Shown here piece by piece: positions 61,888 through 64,000 of a stretch of DNA of 64,000 nt. The notes under the pieces were generated by a model, which searched no databases, was not told where the DNA came from, and saw only the letters and a list, made by a program, of their open reading frames with translations. The number at the start of each line of letters is the position of its first letter. Positions within the stretch are counted from its first letter, which is position 1. Origin of the DNA: Daphnia carinata (Eukaryota); assembly GCF_022539665.2 (NCBI RefSeq), contig NC_081333.1, positions 3,596,001-3,660,000 on the forward strand, read 5' to 3'. The position numbers and the translations under genes were made by a program.

Positions 61888-63993
61888 CTAAAGGGCTATT
61901 TGTTCCAAATTCCTTGACGAACTGACTGGCTTCAATGCGATGCCCTGGACCGAACAAAGCTCAAAGTAAAGACCACCTAGCTGAATGAGCTCTTCATGTG
62001 TCCCTTGCTCTTTTATCGTTCCTTGATTAGTCACTGTTATGTTATCTGCATTTTGAATTGTGCTTAGACGATGTGCGATTGTGATGCACGTACGGCCCTC
62101 TCTGGCGGCGTCCAAAGCCATTTGGACGACGTGTTCACTCTCGGAATCTAACGCCGAAGTTGCTTCATCGAGCAGCAGGATTTTCGGATTTCTTATCAAT
62201 GCTCTTGCAATGGCTACACGTTGTTTTTGTCCTCCAGAAAGCTGAGTACCCTCGTTCACCGACCATTGTTTCGTAGCCGTTTGGCAGTGATTGGATAAAT
62301 GTATGAATATTGGTTTTTCTTGCGGCTTCAATGATATCATCCATTGGAATAACACGGCTGTTGTCTCCATAAGCAATATTTTGACCGATGGTCAAGTTAA
62401 ACAGAATAGGCTCTTGGGATACGATGCCCATTTGTGAACGCAACGAGGATATGTTGATTGGATTAATGTCTTTTCCATCTAATTGTACTTCCCCGCTGTC
62501 TGGATCATAAAAGCGTTCCAGTAACTGAATGCAAGTCGATTTTCCACAACCACTGTGGCCCACAAGGGCGACCGTCTGGCCAGCTCGCACGGCCAAAGTC
62601 AATCCCTGAAGAACTTCAGCATCCTTACGCGTGGGATATCGGAAACGTACTTGATCGAAATCGACATTTCCTTCAACGTTTTGTATGATGGAACCGCCAG
62701 TAGAAGAGGCATCAATAAGTGGAATACGTTTTAGTAAAGCAAAGATCCTGTTGGCAGCTACTTTGGCTTTGTTATAATTAGGAGCGAATGCAACTGCCTG
62801 CCCAATCATTTGGGTTCCAAACAGGAGGGATTCGCTGACTTTAAAAACGCTGGTGAAATCGAGACATTCATTGACGATAAGCCATCCACCGTAATACATT
62901 GTTACGGAATATGCAAACATTGGGATAGCGCTGGCGAATCCGAAAATCGCACCGCGGACCCAAGACTTTTTCAGAGCTTGTCGATGAGGTTCTCTTAAAG
63001 ATTCCATGTAGATTGTGTGGAATTGTCTTTCTTTGCCAAGACTGGCGACTGTTCGGATGTTTCCAATAGCTTCCATAGCCACTTTGGCCGATTTTTGTAA
63101 GGCCTCGCGTTCTAGAGCTGATTGGCCCATGATAATTTTGGCTTGGAAGTAAGTGGAGACGAGGAGAAGAGGAACGAATGCTAAAGCCACCAATCCCAGT
63201 TTCCATTGGAAATAGAGAGCCAGAACAATGGATGCAATCATGGTGGTAAGCGCCTGGAACAATACACCAATTCTCGATCCAGTAGCGCCTTGAACACTGG
63301 CAGCGTCACCAGATAATCGGGCACAAAGTGCTCCGACGCTGTTGGTTTCCCGATCGAACCAGCCAACTTCTTGTTTTAAAATAGCCTGGAAGGTTTGTCC
63401 GCGTAGTCTTGATGTTAAAGATTCTCCGGCAACGCTGAACGAGAACGACTGGGCAAAAGCGGCGAATCCGGCAACGATGCCCAGAATCAAGAACATGAGC
63501 GAATAAAAATTGCCTCGTTCTCTTTTGTAGGCTTGTTCTTCAGCAGATCCACCTGGTGCTAAGACCCCAAGAACTTCGCTGAAGAGGATTGCATAGACTG
63601 GAGTGCTGAGACCAACGATTGCCGACCCGATAACACCTACAGTAATGTAAGGCCATTCTTTCTTGTTCATCCTCATAATTTCCATTAAACTAACGTCAAT
63701 GTCTTCTGATTGAGCGGACACTGCTGAACTAGCAACAGATAATCGAGCCCTTCGACGAATAGAACTGTCTTCCTAGCGGATGGCTTCCTGCTAAACTGGT
63801 TGCATCCATGGCTTCTTCCTTTTCATCCGGAATCCAAGATTTAGCTTTGGCGATGTTCACTTCTTCAACTTATGATTCTGAATTATCATCGAAAGAGCTG
63901 CTTTTACTGTCTTTCTCGCCACCTTGTTGAGATACAACTAGTCGGTAATAGATTCCATGTTTGGCTATCAGTTTATCGTGCGTCCCATCTTCC
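61888..63993 (-). pseudogene. ABCB (P-glycoprotein/MDR) full transporter, 3' half, with three disabling lesions; continues beyond the window
   Basis: End of NBD1 (EDGTHDKLIAKHGIYYRLV), linker, TMD2, Walker [24 protein letters not shown] and [11 protein letters not shown]. In-frame TAA at 63870-63872, a frameshift near 63768 and a +1 frameshift near 62250 (GERG/TQLSGG). Confidence 0.85.
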
Positions 63994-64000
63994 TATAATT

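Noticed and set aside
62165..63721. Retrocopy origin of the ABCB gene because of the long intron-free stretch
   Set aside because: An apparent splice acceptor (TATAG|GAAGAT on the minus strand) lies at about 63993, so it is more likely one long terminal exon.

Overview
Eukaryotic, AT-rich, gene-dense DNA with many short GT-AG introns of about 55-75 nt. Gene style and content suggest a crustacean such as Daphnia, which is an inference. Recognisable genes in order: a vasa-type DEAD-box pseudogene fragment (-), serotonin transporter SERT (-), BMS1 (-), a spaetzle-family cystine-knot ligand (+), TET dioxygenase with a CXXC domain (+), a small multi-pass membrane protein (-), PSD/EFA6 Arf-GEF (+), STAMBP/AMSH (-), an inverted partial duplicate of the SERT 3' end (+), TOP3B (-), a divergent RanBP9/10 (+) and a disrupted ABCB/P-glycoprotein (-). 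A Mutator-like MITE with a 10-bp target-site duplication lies at 43781-44622. Two features are not explained by these genes. (1) Two copies of a large foldback element (about 51-3005 and 47139-52469). Its inverted arms carry a spliced, decaying gene and a GC-rich hairpin array and appear homogenised arm to arm. Its centre holds three tRNA-derived Pol III-like cassettes with A-rich tails. (2) An unassigned, highly structured intergenic sequence of about 256 nt (21563-21818) with a TATA box at -31 and an oligo-T end, a candidate novel non-coding RNA gene. Exon boundaries were read by eye and are approximate.
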